Both the position numbers and the translations under genes were made by a program. From Kudoa neothunni (lineage: Eukaryota > Animalia > Cnidaria): a DNA stretch of 64,000 bases. The stretch is taken from positions 11,946,479 through 12,010,478 of the forward strand of contig OZ199839.1 in assembly GCA_964304625.1 (NCBI GenBank), in the 5' to 3' direction. Numbering within the stretch: position 1 is the stretch's first letter; every line of letters starts with the position of its first letter. Under the pieces are notes generated by a model that made no database searches, had not been told where the DNA came from, and saw nothing but the letters and a program-made list of their open reading frames with translations. This document shows, in pieces, positions 1 through 13,149 of the stretch.

Positions 1-599
1 CTTTGTGATCAGTAGGTGGTTTCAAATTTAGATGTGGATAGCCTTGACAAATTGGTTGCATAAGATTCTTCGCAATAAGTCCTCCGTTGAACCTTCAAAA
101 ACCAACTTACTCCGACTTGTAAACCTATCGCAGAATGATTTATGTCTTCTCCATCGTTCTGGAACATTCTAGTTGTAACAGATAGGAAAGATTTATTGCA
201 ACCATAATAATCAATCATTTTTACCTTGAAGTCGTCGAAATCGCTATAATCGTTTATCCCATTGCTAATCATCCTTCCGTATATCACATCAGACAGCATG
301 AGCAAGGAAGTATCTAACCCGATTCGACTTGTTCATTATTATCAATTTAAAGCATCATTCCACTCTTCCAACCATGTGAGCCACTTTCGAGGTTCGATTA
401 TACAGCTCGATCCTAAATAACTCCCCAGTCGCGGGAGTCACAACTATGCACACAACAAATCACTCGATAAATATGGCAACATTTACTAATCCGCGTAATG
501 ATTATTTATGCTCATCGAGAAATATCAAGTAACATCGAGATGACGTCATCGCTTCGCAATTTCTATCATTCATGCTGATGATCTTCCTCGGGCCTAACA
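1..599 (-). mobile_element. 5' end of a degenerate LTR retrotransposon (probable Ty3/Gypsy): putative 5' LTR ~447-599 and gag remnant running off the window start
   Basis: Minus strand begins TGTTA at 599, with a degenerate PBS-like TTGTGACTCCCGCG after ~150 bp. Gag-like peptides follow (IEPRKWLTWLEEW; DFDDFKVKMIDYYG...FQNDGEDI in ORF 9-305). The second LTR is not in the window. Confidence 0.45.
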
Positions 600-679
600 T
601 AAAGATATTCTCATTCGTCTGGCAGAGTATAAACTCCTCAGACGAATCGTTATCAATTTCAGATCTCACACGATTGGAT

Positions 680-1210
680 CTAAAATGTTACCTTTCAAGG
701 GGAAGCATCAAGTGTTCCTACTAAAATAGTCTTAGAGTGGTAACAAAAGCTTGTCACTATTCTTGAAATATGGTCACCAGAAGATATTTTTAATATTGAT
801 GCGACTAGTCTTTTTTCCAACAATACAAAGGTTTATACTAATTAAATGACCTGTTGAAATTTTATTTGTAGATAACGATTATACAACCGGAATGGAAAGC
901 GATGTTAGGGGAACAAAGCAATTAAAGAACCGGGTAATTGTAACTGTTCTTCTTGGATGTTCAATGACTGGCGAAAAACTCCCTCCATTTATTAATGGAA
1001 AATGTGAAAAGCCAAGATGTTTTAAAGGTGTAAGTACATATCCATTGCTCTACGAGTCGAATAAAAATTCTTGGATGACTTGGGAATTATTTATAAAATA
1101 TATGAATCACCTTTATAATTCTCATGTCTTATCGAAATAAAAAAATTATTCTTTTTCTTGACAATTTCCCAGCGCACCCTATATAAACTTACAAATATCA
1201 ACCAATTTTT
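680..1210 (+). mobile_element. pogo/Tigger (DDE_1, CENP-B-like) transposase remnant
   Basis: Motifs GEASSV, WSPEDIFNIDATSLF, RVIVTVLLGCSMTGEKLPPFINGKCEKPRCFK, NKNSWMTWELF and KIILFLDNFPAHP. Stops and frameshifts present. 41-nt GT-AG intron at 831-871. Confidence 0.85.
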
Positions 1211-1305
1211 GAAGTTTGGAAAAGAAATACATAAAATTATCGAAAAGTCTATAGAGAAAAAAGACTGTCTGATTATTTTCAATTACGATGAATTTTCTAA
1301 CGTAA

Positions 1306-1600
1306 TCTATCCACTATATATATCAAATTTAAATGTCCGTGTGTGTGTCAATGTGTACGCATTTTTCATTCTTTATAGAGAGACATATCGCTCCATTGAG
1401 CACGCATATGGAAAGACAAAATTTTATTTTAACAGAAAAATACGTAAAAAATTATCACGTGACATAAGTGGGTAGTCTTTGTATTATTTTATCTAAAATA
1501 CTCTGAATTTACTTCGAACTTCAAATGATCTTGGCCTACTCAAGGCTTTAGTCTGCGCGCCCAGGCAAGGAAACCATGCGGAAGGGGGCTTTTGCACTAG
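1306..1600 (+). mobile_element. Non-autonomous Helitron (family A, internally deleted)
   Basis: A|TC start at 1306, TATATA then TG-rich 5' end, GC-rich subterminal region, and CTAG|T end at 1600. Both ends match 48390-49013; the 3' end matches ~32140-32235 and the reverse complement of 19356-19480. Confidence 0.75.
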
Positions 1601-2405
1601 TTGTATATAAATTTAATATGTAAATTTAGGTGTTCGTGCAGATACACTCTCTATATCGTAGTTTTAACGTACGTGACATGATAAGTATATTTAAAAGTTC
1701 TATTAATGCTTAAAAATACGAGAAAAAGACTATGTTTGCATCATTAATAACGAATTGGTTGAGCATGCCATAATAAAATAGATTAAAGTATTATAATACG
1801 AGCAATGGGGTCCTCGGATTTCATTGAAATCGTCCGCTATGTTGAACTTTCCAGGATTAAATTCAACGCAGATAGTTTTATTTTATTTCATTCAATTATT
1901 TAAATTGTGTATGAAGAAATTGAAGTGGATTTGTGGTTGTTTATGCGATAAAGTGTGTTTAGCTCTTGCCGAGTCAAGAGGTATTAATTTGAGCATAAAA
2001 TTTAATTTTCGTCGATCTATATATCTTTTTCTATATATTTGTCTCCCGTAAACAATGGTGCATAAACTTTCGGAGCTGGGTCAATAATAACTTTAAGGGT
2101 AACATTTTAACGAGATTTAAATAATTCGCGAATGCAAAAAAATACGACACCGACAATAAATTATTTAGCGTTGGTGCTGGGTCACGAAATTTTTAAATGA
2201 TCGCCGGAATTTGTACATTCCTTCACAGAAATGATCATGATTTAAATTTCGCTTATCCAAATCGTTGAAACTATGCCGCCACTTAAAAATTATTAAGTAT
2301 TTTGCGTCTATGAATTAATTTTAAATTTCAATATATTTTTTGAATATTATTAAGAAACGTATCTGCGTGAAATCTTCCCAAGCAACGCTGGGCATTTCCC
2401 GCTAG
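1601..2405 (+). mobile_element. Non-autonomous Helitron (family B)
   Basis: Ends with hairpin CCCAAGCAACGCTGGG then CTAG|T at 2405. The 3' ~600 bp align with ~32780-33333. Confidence 0.75.
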
Positions 2406-2900
2406 TATATATATATATATAGTTGTTATTTCGAAGAAGTCCGAAGAAGTGTGTGACCACAAGAATGCATGTCCAGCGAATTTTACTTTCTTATATAAAG
2501 CTCTAACATTTGTTTGAAATACGTAAGCGAATTTAGAAAAATGTAACGTTTATGAACAAAAAATAGAACCGATCGAATTGTTACTTTAAAGGCGTGCAAA
2601 TACGTGCTTAAATTTTGAGCTGACTAAACTTCAGATCCGAGTGGATTATAATTAATTTGAAATCGCGTTTGTTGTTGATTTTCAAAATTTTGTACTATTA
2701 AATATTGGAGCTTCCAATACCTAGAAATAAAGTTAAGATGTAGCATATGTTTTAAATTATTGCGAATATTTTTTATTGGGTTTGACTATCCTGGGTGGTT
2801 TTTACTTTGAGAATTAAAAGTTATCGAATAGAACCAAACGTAAATAATTTATTTTGTTGGAGAAAACTATATTAAACTTTAATTCTAAATTTAGACAAAA

Positions 2901-5271
2901 TCTATATATATAATACAAACTTCAGAATTGCCCCAAGATTGTGTCTTCCAAGGAACGGTGACTTTCAAAAATGTTTTGAGACTGGTTAAAGCCTAATTTA
3001 TATGTAGCAGTAGTATTCGTGCTCGAATAGAGATTGTTAAAATTTCAAAAGATTAGAACAATTTTTAATTGTATTCTTTGGTGTTTTAAGTTTTCATCTA
3101 AATCAACCTTAGGGTGATCTAGAGGATTAGAGCCACCTGGAGCGTATGTTATGGAGATAAATCTGTGTATAGACGTTATATTGAAAAAAAATTTACACAA
3201 TAAACAAACAATTTTAAATTATTATTATTATTATTTCGTGAAATAAAGAACTTTGAAAGTTGGTAAAACGTTTGCATTTCATGATCTAATAATGTTTTTA
3301 TCGATCGATTAATTTAATTAACACATTATTTAGTCCAAACTCTTCCGTCTCTAATCACTTTAATATTGATTTTTTACGTGTGATACTCCAATATTATGCA
3401 TTGTAAATTTATTTTTTTCTCCTTCAAACATTTTTTTGTGAACAAGTTGTTAGCAAGTAAACTATATCGTACGATGGCATCCTTATTGTAATCCTTTACT
3501 GAAAATAACATGAATTGTTTATAAAAGCAATAATCACGAGGTGTTGTGTCGTTTAAGTGTGTCTTATTCAAGCGTAATTTAAAAAATACAACACATTGTC
3601 CACAGAGTCAATCTTATTTTTGACTGTACGCATCGAGACATTCCACACTCAACCGCGCTTTACAATAGACTATTCACATGGGTAGACAATATACTATGCA
3701 CAATTCATGGAATCGTTCAACACTACGACTAAGTAGGCGAATACAAGAGAGGAGAGCATTGGAAACAACATTATAGTAGGGATGTGATTTTTAATAGCAA
3801 TCAATGCATATTTCTAATTGAAACCCACCTGCTTCTACTTCTTCTCAGGAGACACCCCTACAGTCACGACGAAATTGTCGACGTTTACGCCTTTCACAAG
3901 AAACCGACGAGCAAAAAGAACGAATACAAGAAGCAAATAGAGTAAGCAATAGAAATCGACATGTACGTGAGACGACTCAACAGAGTCCTGCAGTGTCACC
4001 TATAAATGAGCACAGCACAAGATCAGACAGTAAATTTGTATCTGAACCTTACTACATTCCTGTTCTATCAGGTCAACAAACGCGAAGTATGTCTGATGAT
4101 ACTTGGAATATGGTCGCTTTGCATTACGACCTCTGCTACAACATGGGAATGAAATGAATATTACAATTGGAAAAATGTCGAAAACTTTCCAGAAAGGCCG
4201 TGCTAAGAAATGAATAAACGAATTTTCGGGTATGTGTTGTTCCGGCGGTAATGTTATTTTTGATACACTACCTGATTCATCTCATTTTCTATAAAGACTC
4301 CGGAATTTCAAGAAACTTGCTACAAAATATCCGAAAATACAACTGCACTTTCCAGATGACATCTTTTGGAGCGAACGTAATTTGTAGGGACAGATTCATG
4401 CCTACTTTACTTTTAAGGTTCACGGTCGAATGTGTCATCGAATTGAATCGCTATTGACTTCTGAAAATGAGCAACGAAATTCTTGAGATTATATTTCATA
4501 CAAAACATGTATTTTCAAGCTCAAAATCGATCCAACATGTATCTCTAGCATAGGCATAATATTATTTTAGCGCTTCAAGATATGTATGTTACACAGACAC
4601 ACTAGCTACATCCACAGTTTTAGGCATGACTTAGAAATGCACCCGTCTTCTGATTTTGATATAATTATAAACTCTGATAAGCTTCCACAGGGAGAAAATG
4701 AGAGAAAATACAACTCTCCAACCTGAAATGAGGTGGCCATCGCAATGGCGGATGAGCAGCATTGTACGAGGGATATTGTTTTGAGGAGTACAAACAACAA
4801 ACTTCAGAGAATAAGCGAAACACACAGATCGCATTATGTATTGCAATATCCATTAACTAATGTCTATGGTCAAGATGATTACCATTTTCATATTCTACAG
4901 ATTGACGCAAACGAAAGTGCTACAGGTAAGGATTTATATTCTTTTTATTTTATGGAAAAGGAAAATAGTTTTAACATGCTTCGTCACTTGGGGTTATTAT
5001 TCCTACAATATGCTGTAGGTATGTTTGGAAGATGGAATCAGAGAGACTTTGTTTTATCAGAGCGAAACAAGATTAACTTCGTGTTGAATCTTGCATCAAT
5101 TTAATTGATAGCATCAGCAGCGACGGTGAAATAAATGGGCGGGATGATTGTACATTTCGCCGTCGACTTTCGCTTTCGTAGGTTCACCACGCTATATAAA
5201 CGAGAGGATACAGCTTGTCATGACCTACTTTTGATGTTTTGGAGGATAACATTCGAGTGCAATCCCTTTTA
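2901..5271 (+). mobile_element. 5' half of autonomous RepHel Helitron (copy 1), truncated at the Gypsy LTR
   Basis: Putative A|TCTATATATA start at 2901. Zn-finger (MCCSGGNV), NIRKYN..FQMTSFGA, ISETHRSHYVLQYPL, QYAVGMF and GSPRY motifs of the Helitron N-terminal/Rep region. Inverted homologue of 23700-25660 and 31150-31440. Confidence 0.85.
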
Positions 5272-5382
5272 TGTTATGTTAGTAGATTAGTACACGGGAT
5301 TAACAAATCATTAGCTGGGGAGCGCAATTATTATTGTCGTTGTTATTGTTGCTTTTAGTGTCTCTTTCTTGCGTTCGCAATA
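5272..5382 (+). repeat. Gypsy 5' LTR
   Basis: TGTTATGTT...CAATA, direct repeat of 10390-10499, immediately followed by the PBS. Confidence 0.9.
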
Positions 5383-6248
5383 CTGGCGACGAGGATTCTT
5401 ACAAACCTACATATGTTTTTGCCTAATAAGTAATAAGGTGGGTTGGATTTGCTTCATGGGACGGTTTTCATGCTTTGTTGAGACCAATGGAGTTGAAACG
5501 GAAAGACAGAATAGCCTGTTACTTTCTATCATGCATGTTCCAACTTATGGAACGCTGAAAACTTTAAACATCCCGATGAAACTAACAATACCTGAAATTA
5601 CTAATTAGATGAGCGAACACTTCGATACTAAGACTCTTGTTATTTTGGAACGGTTCACTTTCTGGAAAACCGAACAAGATGACAATGAATCTGTCACTGA
5701 ATATATTATAAAATTACGAAGAATGCGTGCAAAATGTGAGTTAGGCTCATTCTTGAAGGAGGCTCTCAGGGATAAATTTGTTGGAGGACTTAAGAGTGAA
5801 TTAGCAAACGCACAGAAATTACTCCTTACGGACTAGAATGTAATATTAGGAAGAGCTAATGAACAAGCTTCTGTCCAAGAAGCAGCAATGTTACAGCAGC
5901 GAAAGATGCTGAATGAAAATGTTGGAAAAATTTACAATAGAAAAACTGGTGGTAATCGAGAGAAAAATGATGAAATTTCACCAAAATGTTACAGATGCAG
6001 CGTACCCAACGATCCCAAGAAATGCAAATTTATGGACGTAAATTATTACAATCGTGGGAAGACAGGCCACATAAATGGAACCTGCAGGAAGCGAACTACA
6101 ACTATGAATGTTAAAACAGTTATTATAAGTGACAAAAATGAAAAATATTTGAATGAAATGAACCAAGTGACGCCTTTATTTATGCGGATTATAATAAACG
6201 CAATATTTGTCAAACTGGAGATCGATACAGATCCTCTGTTACTTTATT

Positions 6249-7345
6249 GGGCTGAAATTTGGTCTAAGCCCACCTAAGCCTCAATAAAATAATGCTTATA
6301 TTTATTATAAAAAACACATTTTAGAAAAATCACAACAAAACGCTAATAAGAATTTTTTGATTGTAGATTGATTTTTAGAGATTGTATGAAACCACTCCCA
6401 TAAGTCATATTGATTTTTTCTTCTCCATTGAAATTCACCGAGAAATTCATTAATGACATCCATACGAACAGTTCCATCCTCATTAACCGATGATGTTCTA
6501 TTTCTGGGAGATATTCGATATTTTATGGCACCCCAAGTGCCCTCAATATATTGGTGTGATCTCCCGAAACACTATCTATATTCTATACTGTGGTAAACAG
6601 TGAGATGAGTGTAGAAATTATGGAGTGTGGCGTAGCTTTTGGAACAGTCAGTGATGATAATTGAGCCTGGTTAACCATAGGTTTTTATTCTTTTTATTAA
6701 AGTTTCAGTAGTTCTATCAGGGACCTCCACTAGAAACACTCTTCTTTCGGGTGTCCTTTCAACACCTCCAGGAACCCGTGCTCCATTAACACCATGACCT
6801 TTGTTTATGCTTTATTTTTACCAAACTTGGTCTCATCAATTTCTACGACTGTATTTTCTTCCTCGAATTCATAAGCTATCGGCCATCATTTGTTTAAGAT
6901 AGTGGGAATAGTTAGTGATCGTTTTGAGAGGAGTGGCAAGTAATAGTGATCAAGTTAAGAGTTTTTACACCCACTAACCAATAATAAGCCAACTCCATGA
7001 AATCATTAACTTTGAATTTCATATTTTTGAAGATCGTACAGTCAAAAATAGAGACTTCTTTCCGGCAAAACATTGCACAACAACACCAATTTTTTCCGTG
7101 GATCGAAAATCTGATCCACCACATTTACTTCAATTAATAGGCTCTTCAAGAATGCCCTGTTCAATGAGATAATTGATGGAAATTTTTCCCTTCACTACAA
7201 ATTTTATTGAATGTCTTTCTTGGTGCAATCATTGTTGTATGGTTGTTTGTAAATAAGGGCTTAATCCTTATATATTGTGTTGGTGAGTATATAATCCTCA
7301 TGTTGCGGAATTAGTGTTAGTTGCGGTAAACAAACGATTAGCCCC
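6249..7345 (-). mobile_element. Merlin (IS1595/ISXO2-like) DNA transposon inserted in the Gypsy protease
   Basis: Imperfect TIRs GGGCTGAA.../...TTAGCCCC. Minus-strand motifs VEIDETKFG, GGVERTPERRVFLVEVPDR, IITDCSKSY and IEGTWGAIK. It splits the protease motif SVTL|IS; the TSD is degenerate. Confidence 0.88.
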
Positions 7346-7403
7346 ACTGTTAATCTCGACAATGTTATAGGATTATTTGGTGACGGATATCAAATGTGAT
7401 CCT

Positions 7404-7634
7404 GGACCTTCACTAGAAACATTCTTCTTTCGGATGTCCTTTCGACACCTCCATGAACTCATGCTGCATTAACACCATGAGCTTTGTTATGCTTTATTTT
7501 GATCAAACTTGGACTCATCAATTTCTACGACTGTATTTTCTCCTCCAATTATAATGTTGTCGAATCCTAAACTATCGACCATCATTTGTCTAAGATAATG
7601 AGAATAGTTAGTGATAGTTTGAGAAGAGTGGCCA
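7404..7634 (-). mobile_element. Internal, TIR-less fragment of a Merlin transposase
   Basis: Aligns with ~6720-6940 and encodes IIIGGENTVVEIDESKF. No termini visible. Confidence 0.85.
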
Positions 7635-10389
7635 TTAGAGATCATGAAGTTAGAAACGAAAGAAATTGGAAGCTTGTTGAAAAAATACCATAAATTATTT
7701 TGGAACGAACTTGGATGTTTCAATGGAACAAAAACTGCAATATCACTGAAACCTATTACATCGCCTATTTTTTGTAAGCACCGAAGAGTATCTCTTATAA
7801 GAAAGAAATGGATTCAACAGAACTCGATAGACTGGTAGAGGCTGGCATATTGAAAGCTATCAGATTCAACAGATGGGCCACAACTATAGTTGCTGCTGAA
7901 AAGATAGGTGGTGGAGTAAGAATTTGTGCTGATTTTTCTGTCACATTGAACCCTCATCTAAATGTGGATATATATCCACTACCTACAATAGAAGACATCA
8001 TGTCTACTATTGCCGGTGGAGGGTCGTTTAGTGTTATTGACTTAGCAAATGCTTATCTTCAAATGGATTTTGAGAATACTTCAAAGGAGTTTTTGAAGAT
8101 CGCAACACATAAAGGACTGTTTGAATATCAGAGGCTTCCTTTTGGGGTTGGCGTCAGCCCCTGCAATTTGACAAAGAACAATGGATATACTATTGAATGG
8201 TATATCAGATGTTCAATGTTATTTGGATGACATTATTGTTACGGGGAAAACGAGGAATGAACACTTGAGAACGTTAGATAAGGTGCTGAATATATTTCAG
8301 CAGCATGGTCTTCGCCTGAACAAAGAGAAATGTGCTTTCCTTAACGAATCTATTGAATATTGCAGATACAATGTTTCCAGAAAAGGCCTAATGAAAAGTT
8401 AAATGGTGTGGAAGAAGTAATAAGGATGCAAAAACCTTCTAATAAAACAGACATAAGGATATTCTATGGAATGCTAAATTATTATAGGAAATTTATTCCA
8501 AATTTTTCTTCCATACCCAATTCCTGTATAACTTGCTGAAGAAAGAAAATGAGTTTACTTTCGAATAAAAATATGCTAGTCTATTTTGATCCATCTCTAA
8601 AATTATTATTGACAACAGACGCTTCTGGCAGTGGTGTTGGTGCAGTACTATCCCATGTTATGGACGATAACCTTGTGAGACCTATCTCATTTATTTCTAG
8701 AAGCCTATCAAAAAGAGAGGAAAATTGTTCCACGATCGAAAAAGAAGGATTAGCGATTATATGAGCAATTCAGAAGTTCCATCATTACCTGGAGGGAAGA
8801 TGATTCACCTTGTTAACTGAACATAAGCCATTATTAATCCTAAAAATGGGATACCGAAGACAGCAGCGGCTAGAATCCAAAGGTGGGCAGTCATTATCTG
8901 GATACTTGTTTGAAATCAAATATCGAGCCGGGTCTGAAAATAATCCTGGTGATTGTTTTCCTCGCCTTTTTATGAGAAAGAAGGACTCTAATGAAGAATT
9001 TGAAGTGACAATTGATATGATTGATAAATTGGCTGTTAAAAAAATTTTAAAACATGGACACTTCTCCACTTTACGCTTGAAGAACTGACGAGAGAAACAA
9101 TGGAAGATGAAATTCTAAGTAGTGTTATTAGTCATTTCAAGAATGGATAGAAAAGCAAAATTCCAATCGGATTGGAACAATTCAAAAGGAGGAAAAATAA
9201 GATATCGTTTTTGAATGGATCATTGCTACTTGGCGGACGGATTATCATACCCACATCACTCCAAAGTATAGTGTTGAAGGAATTGCATGCGGGGCATATG
9301 GGAATATCAAGAACCAAAGAACTAGCGAGAAGTTATGTTTGGTGGCCTAACATAAACCGTGATATTAAAAGGGTAAACTTCAGCTGCCTCTCACGCCAGG
9401 AAGAAAAACGTAAAATGCCTATTAAAAGCAAAGTACAGCAATAGGAGAATTGTTCACGTCCACTTGAAAGAGTATATTTCGATCTTACCGGTCCTATTAA
9501 AGGGTTGTATTTGCTTATAATGGTCGACGCTTATTCAAAATGGCCTGAAGTGATACCTATGAGTTCGCCAAATGGAGATAGAACTGTTTCTGTTATGAGG
9601 ACCTTATTTTCACGTCTTGGTAATCCTGAAACAACGGTGTCTGATAATTGTCCCAAATTTGTCCCCAAAGAAATGAGGGATTTTACTGCTAGCAATAACA
9701 TCAGACATAAATTTATTTTAGCTTACCATCCATCTTCCGACGGACTGGCAGAAAGGTTTGTACAGACCTTCAAAGGATGCCTTGATAAATCTGATAGTGA
9801 CATACAAAAAAGTATCGATCGGTTCCTGCTTCATCAAAGAAACACACTACACAGCACAACATCAATGGCGCAATCAATCTGTATGATGGGAAGGAGGCCA
9901 GGTAGTTTCTTCGACACGTTGAAGATCCAGCCAGGGAAACCAAGAATGAATAGAGAAAAGGGAACACGAGTACTAGAGCCCGGTGAAACTGTACTGATTC
10001 GAAATTTCTTGAAAGGCCCGAAATGAATTAAGGGTAAAGTTCTTAGAGCGGTTGCACCCCTTACATATTTGGTGTTATCCAACGGACGAGAATTAAAAAG
10101 GCATATTGACCATTTGATAATGATTCCATACACTGAACCAACTGATGAGATTGATGCAAGCCCTGTTGAAGAAGATATACATCAACAACAAATGCCAGTG
10201 GCCAATACTGAAGAACCAATTATAGATTCTACGGCTGAGGAGGTGGAAAACCCTAATCTTACTGACGATGGTGTATCATCTGATAGCTAAGATGTAAATG
10301 AAGCAACCTTAAGAAGATCTACAAGACAAGTAAAGAAACCAGGTTGATTTGACTTGTTTTACTTCTAAATAAACCTGGGAATGAAGAGA

Positions 10390-10499
10390 TGTTATGTTGG
10401 TAGATTAATACAGGAGATTAACAAACCATTAGCTGGGGCGCAATTATTATTGTTGTTGTTATTGTTGCTTTGTGGTGTCTCTCCCTTACGTTCACAATA
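10390..10499 (+). repeat. Gypsy 3' LTR
   Basis: Preceded by purine tract GGGAATGAAGAGA. About a dozen substitutions and 2 indels versus the 5' LTR (manual count). Confidence 0.9.
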
Positions 10500-11390
10500 T
10501 CAAGTGCTTTAATATCACCAAGTTAAACATAGCACCGATTACAAGAACCATTTGAAAGAAAAGTCTGCAGATCAGTTTGAATTAAAAGAAATATTTTATC
10601 TGAGAGTGAAATATGGATGACTGTATCAAAATATTGATGTGTATGAGGTATAGAGTGGAAGGATGGCTATACCAAGTTATATTGAAATGATTTATTTGCC
10701 ACATTGTTGATGAATTGAAGTAAATGAGTTTCCGTTAAAGACTTTAGCTGATTTATAGGGAAAATTCGTTTCGAAATTAACAACGGCACATGTGATTGCA
10801 CCTGACTTTTATCCTAACTATAAAAAGTTTGAATGTTTAAAGTGGATTACACATAATGATGAAGTTAATAATGCAGTTATATGTATATTTTCGACAAATT
10901 TTGATTTTTTCAAAATAAAACTTTAATATGTACGAGATAATAAATCCTTCTCTGATTCCATTCCTAGTAAACCTATCCTTTGTCGAAAAATAAGACTCAT
11001 GGATACTATTGACACTTTTTTTCTCTCGTCGAACATCACTGGTATAGGGAGGAAATAAGAATTATTTAAACGAATCTGTTTATAAAATATATAATGATTC
11101 TCTAATTTATTGGGCTTATTCTAGCCATTCTAACCTCAAACATCTTGCAAGGTCAATTTATTCTATCCCAGTCCAGTGAGTTCTGCGGAATGTAAAAGAC
11201 AAGCCTAAAAGGCTGGATTAATGTCACATAAGATCAGTAATCGTTTAAACCAATGCCATTTTGAAAAGTTTGTTCTTCTCAGAAATTATGAATCCTCTGA
11301 ATAATTATAATAGTTGTTGAATCAGATTAAACGTTCGAAGGTTTTTTAAAGGCATTGCGTAAACCCGGCTGTTTCAATATGGAGTATCTA
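10500..11390 (+). mobile_element. 3' half of a hAT-superfamily transposase remnant
   Basis: Peptides HVIAPDFYPNYKK (~10790) and, across a frameshift and stop, SNLKHLARSIYSIPV.SSAECKR..KAG....ISNRLNQCHFEKFVLLRN (~11125-11290). The latter matches the hAT C-terminal dimerisation motif. Confidence 0.7.
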
Positions 11391-11449
11391 GGGTGGGACG
11401 CGGACAAATTTTATTGAACGTTATACCACCCTGATTAATATGCAATTAG

Positions 11450-12950
11450 GAAATCTGAGAAAGTATCGATAATTGGATGATAAAGTTAAAATAATAAACT
11501 ATGATGATATAAAAAATTTCGGTAGCTTGAATGCTAAACCCGTTGAGATATTTGAATTTAAATCGGCATCTTCCTTAAACAACATAATATTAAAAAATAG
11601 CAGTATTCTGGAAGATTATAACAATGGGGACCTATATCACAACAGAGAAACCTTAAGAAAAAATAATTTCAACATATTAGATTCTAAGGTTAAGTAGTGG
11701 ATTGAGCTAACCAGATCACGTAATATCGAACTCTCTCAGGATGATATAATTAAAAAGTCTACGATTACTCATATAATGTTAAAACACAATTCTTAAAGTT
11801 GATAGAGGGTGGTACATGTTGGTTCTAAGGATTTTCTTCGAGAGTTGGGTGGAAAGTAACAAATTCATACGTAAATCCAAGAATGTTGTTCCTAAAATAA
11901 TATCCGCTTGGAAAGATCAACTGTTAAAGTTGATTGGAAATTATGATCCAAAAGATATTTTTAGTTGGATGAAACTGGAATATTTTACCAGCAAAAGATA
12001 GTTAAAATATCATTTAAATTTATATCTCCATATGAAATTTAATATATGGTTATGCATTTGAAATGGAGGAAAACTTGCACGGTTCTAGAAAATCTAGAGA
12101 GAGTAACAATTGTTGCGATCTACTCGATGTCAGAAAAAAGACTCATTAATAATTCGCAATCATGAAACACCTTGATGCTTCCGTGAAATAAACGACCTCA
12201 CACCTCCCTATTAAACTAACGTGAAGACTTTATTTTTTCAAAATATCTGATAGTATTATTGAAGCTAAAACTTCTCAATGTAAGGTAGGAATCATATGAT
12301 CTGGTAAAAATTTCAAATCTTGAACTCTGGAATCCCCCACAAGGAACAACCAGCGTATTGCAACAATCAGATCAAGGAATTATTTAAGATTGTTAATACA
12401 TTTACAAAAATCATCTGACGAGTTATTTGATCAATAAAGTTACTGTTAATATTATTAATATTTTTGATAACAATTCAAATAATGATCCTTCAGATTTACT
12501 TGAACATATGTACACGATGAAAGTAATGTGGAAATTAATGAGTGAAGAAACAATCGAAAACTATTTTAATAAATAATTCTTGTTAATAATTGTGGGTCAG
12601 GAGGTATTATCATTTCGACTGGAAGAAAATCCCTAGAAAAATCAAATTGAATGTGGGGTTAACATAGAAGAAACTATTTCATTTGAAGATCCAGAAGATA
12701 AATATGTTAACTCAATAAATAATGAAGTCGACGCAATGAATGTATCCTTTACTCATGAAAATTATTAAAAACCATGCATCGTTTTTTCCATTAATGAAGT
12801 TATTGAGCATTTTAATAAACTGAGAGAAAATATTTTTGCTTATGACTTACTTATGTTATAAAATAAAACAAAATGGGACTCTTTCGTCTTTAAAATAAGT
12901 CACGGTTCGTAATGGAATGATTAGATAGCTGATTATTCTAAAAAATCTAC
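11450..12950 (+). mobile_element. pogo/Tigger transposase remnant (second, divergent copy)
   Basis: CENP-B-HTH-like LDSKVK.WIELTRSRNIELS, then NYDPKDIF.LDETGIFY, GSRKSRERVTIV and PPQGTTSVLQQSDQGII. Many stops; boundaries approximate. Confidence 0.8.
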
Positions 12951-13149
12951 ATATTTTCGAATAATTATGATGTATTTATTCGATATTTGTTGTTTGTTGT
13001 TTAACATTCAGCTTTGTCAGAATATCTACGAGTTATCATTAATATAAGAAAGAAAATGTAATTTTTGAATACAAAATACGACCGCGCGTCATTATTATCC
13101 ATCCGGCATAATGTTCGTGCGAGCATGGATACTGTGTACCGCAGGAATA

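Larger units (their letters stand above)
5272..10499 (+). mobile_element. Ty3/Gypsy LTR retrotransposon, degenerate, interrupted by Merlin insertions
   Basis: LTRs at 5272-5382 and 10390-10499; PBS TGGCGACGAGG at 5384; PPT 10377-10389. Gag (QDDNESVTEYIIKLR, decayed zinc knuckles), protease LEIDT(G), RT YLDD (~8220), RNase H TTDASG, integrase HAGHMG / VDAYSK / SDN / GLAERF, in the PR-RT-RH-IN order. Confidence 0.95.

Noticed and set aside
10620-10720. Continuation of Helitron Rep after the Gypsy 3' LTR (RYRVE-like peptide)
   Set aside because: No HUH motif and no alignment with Helitron copy 2. Downstream motifs fit a hAT transposase.
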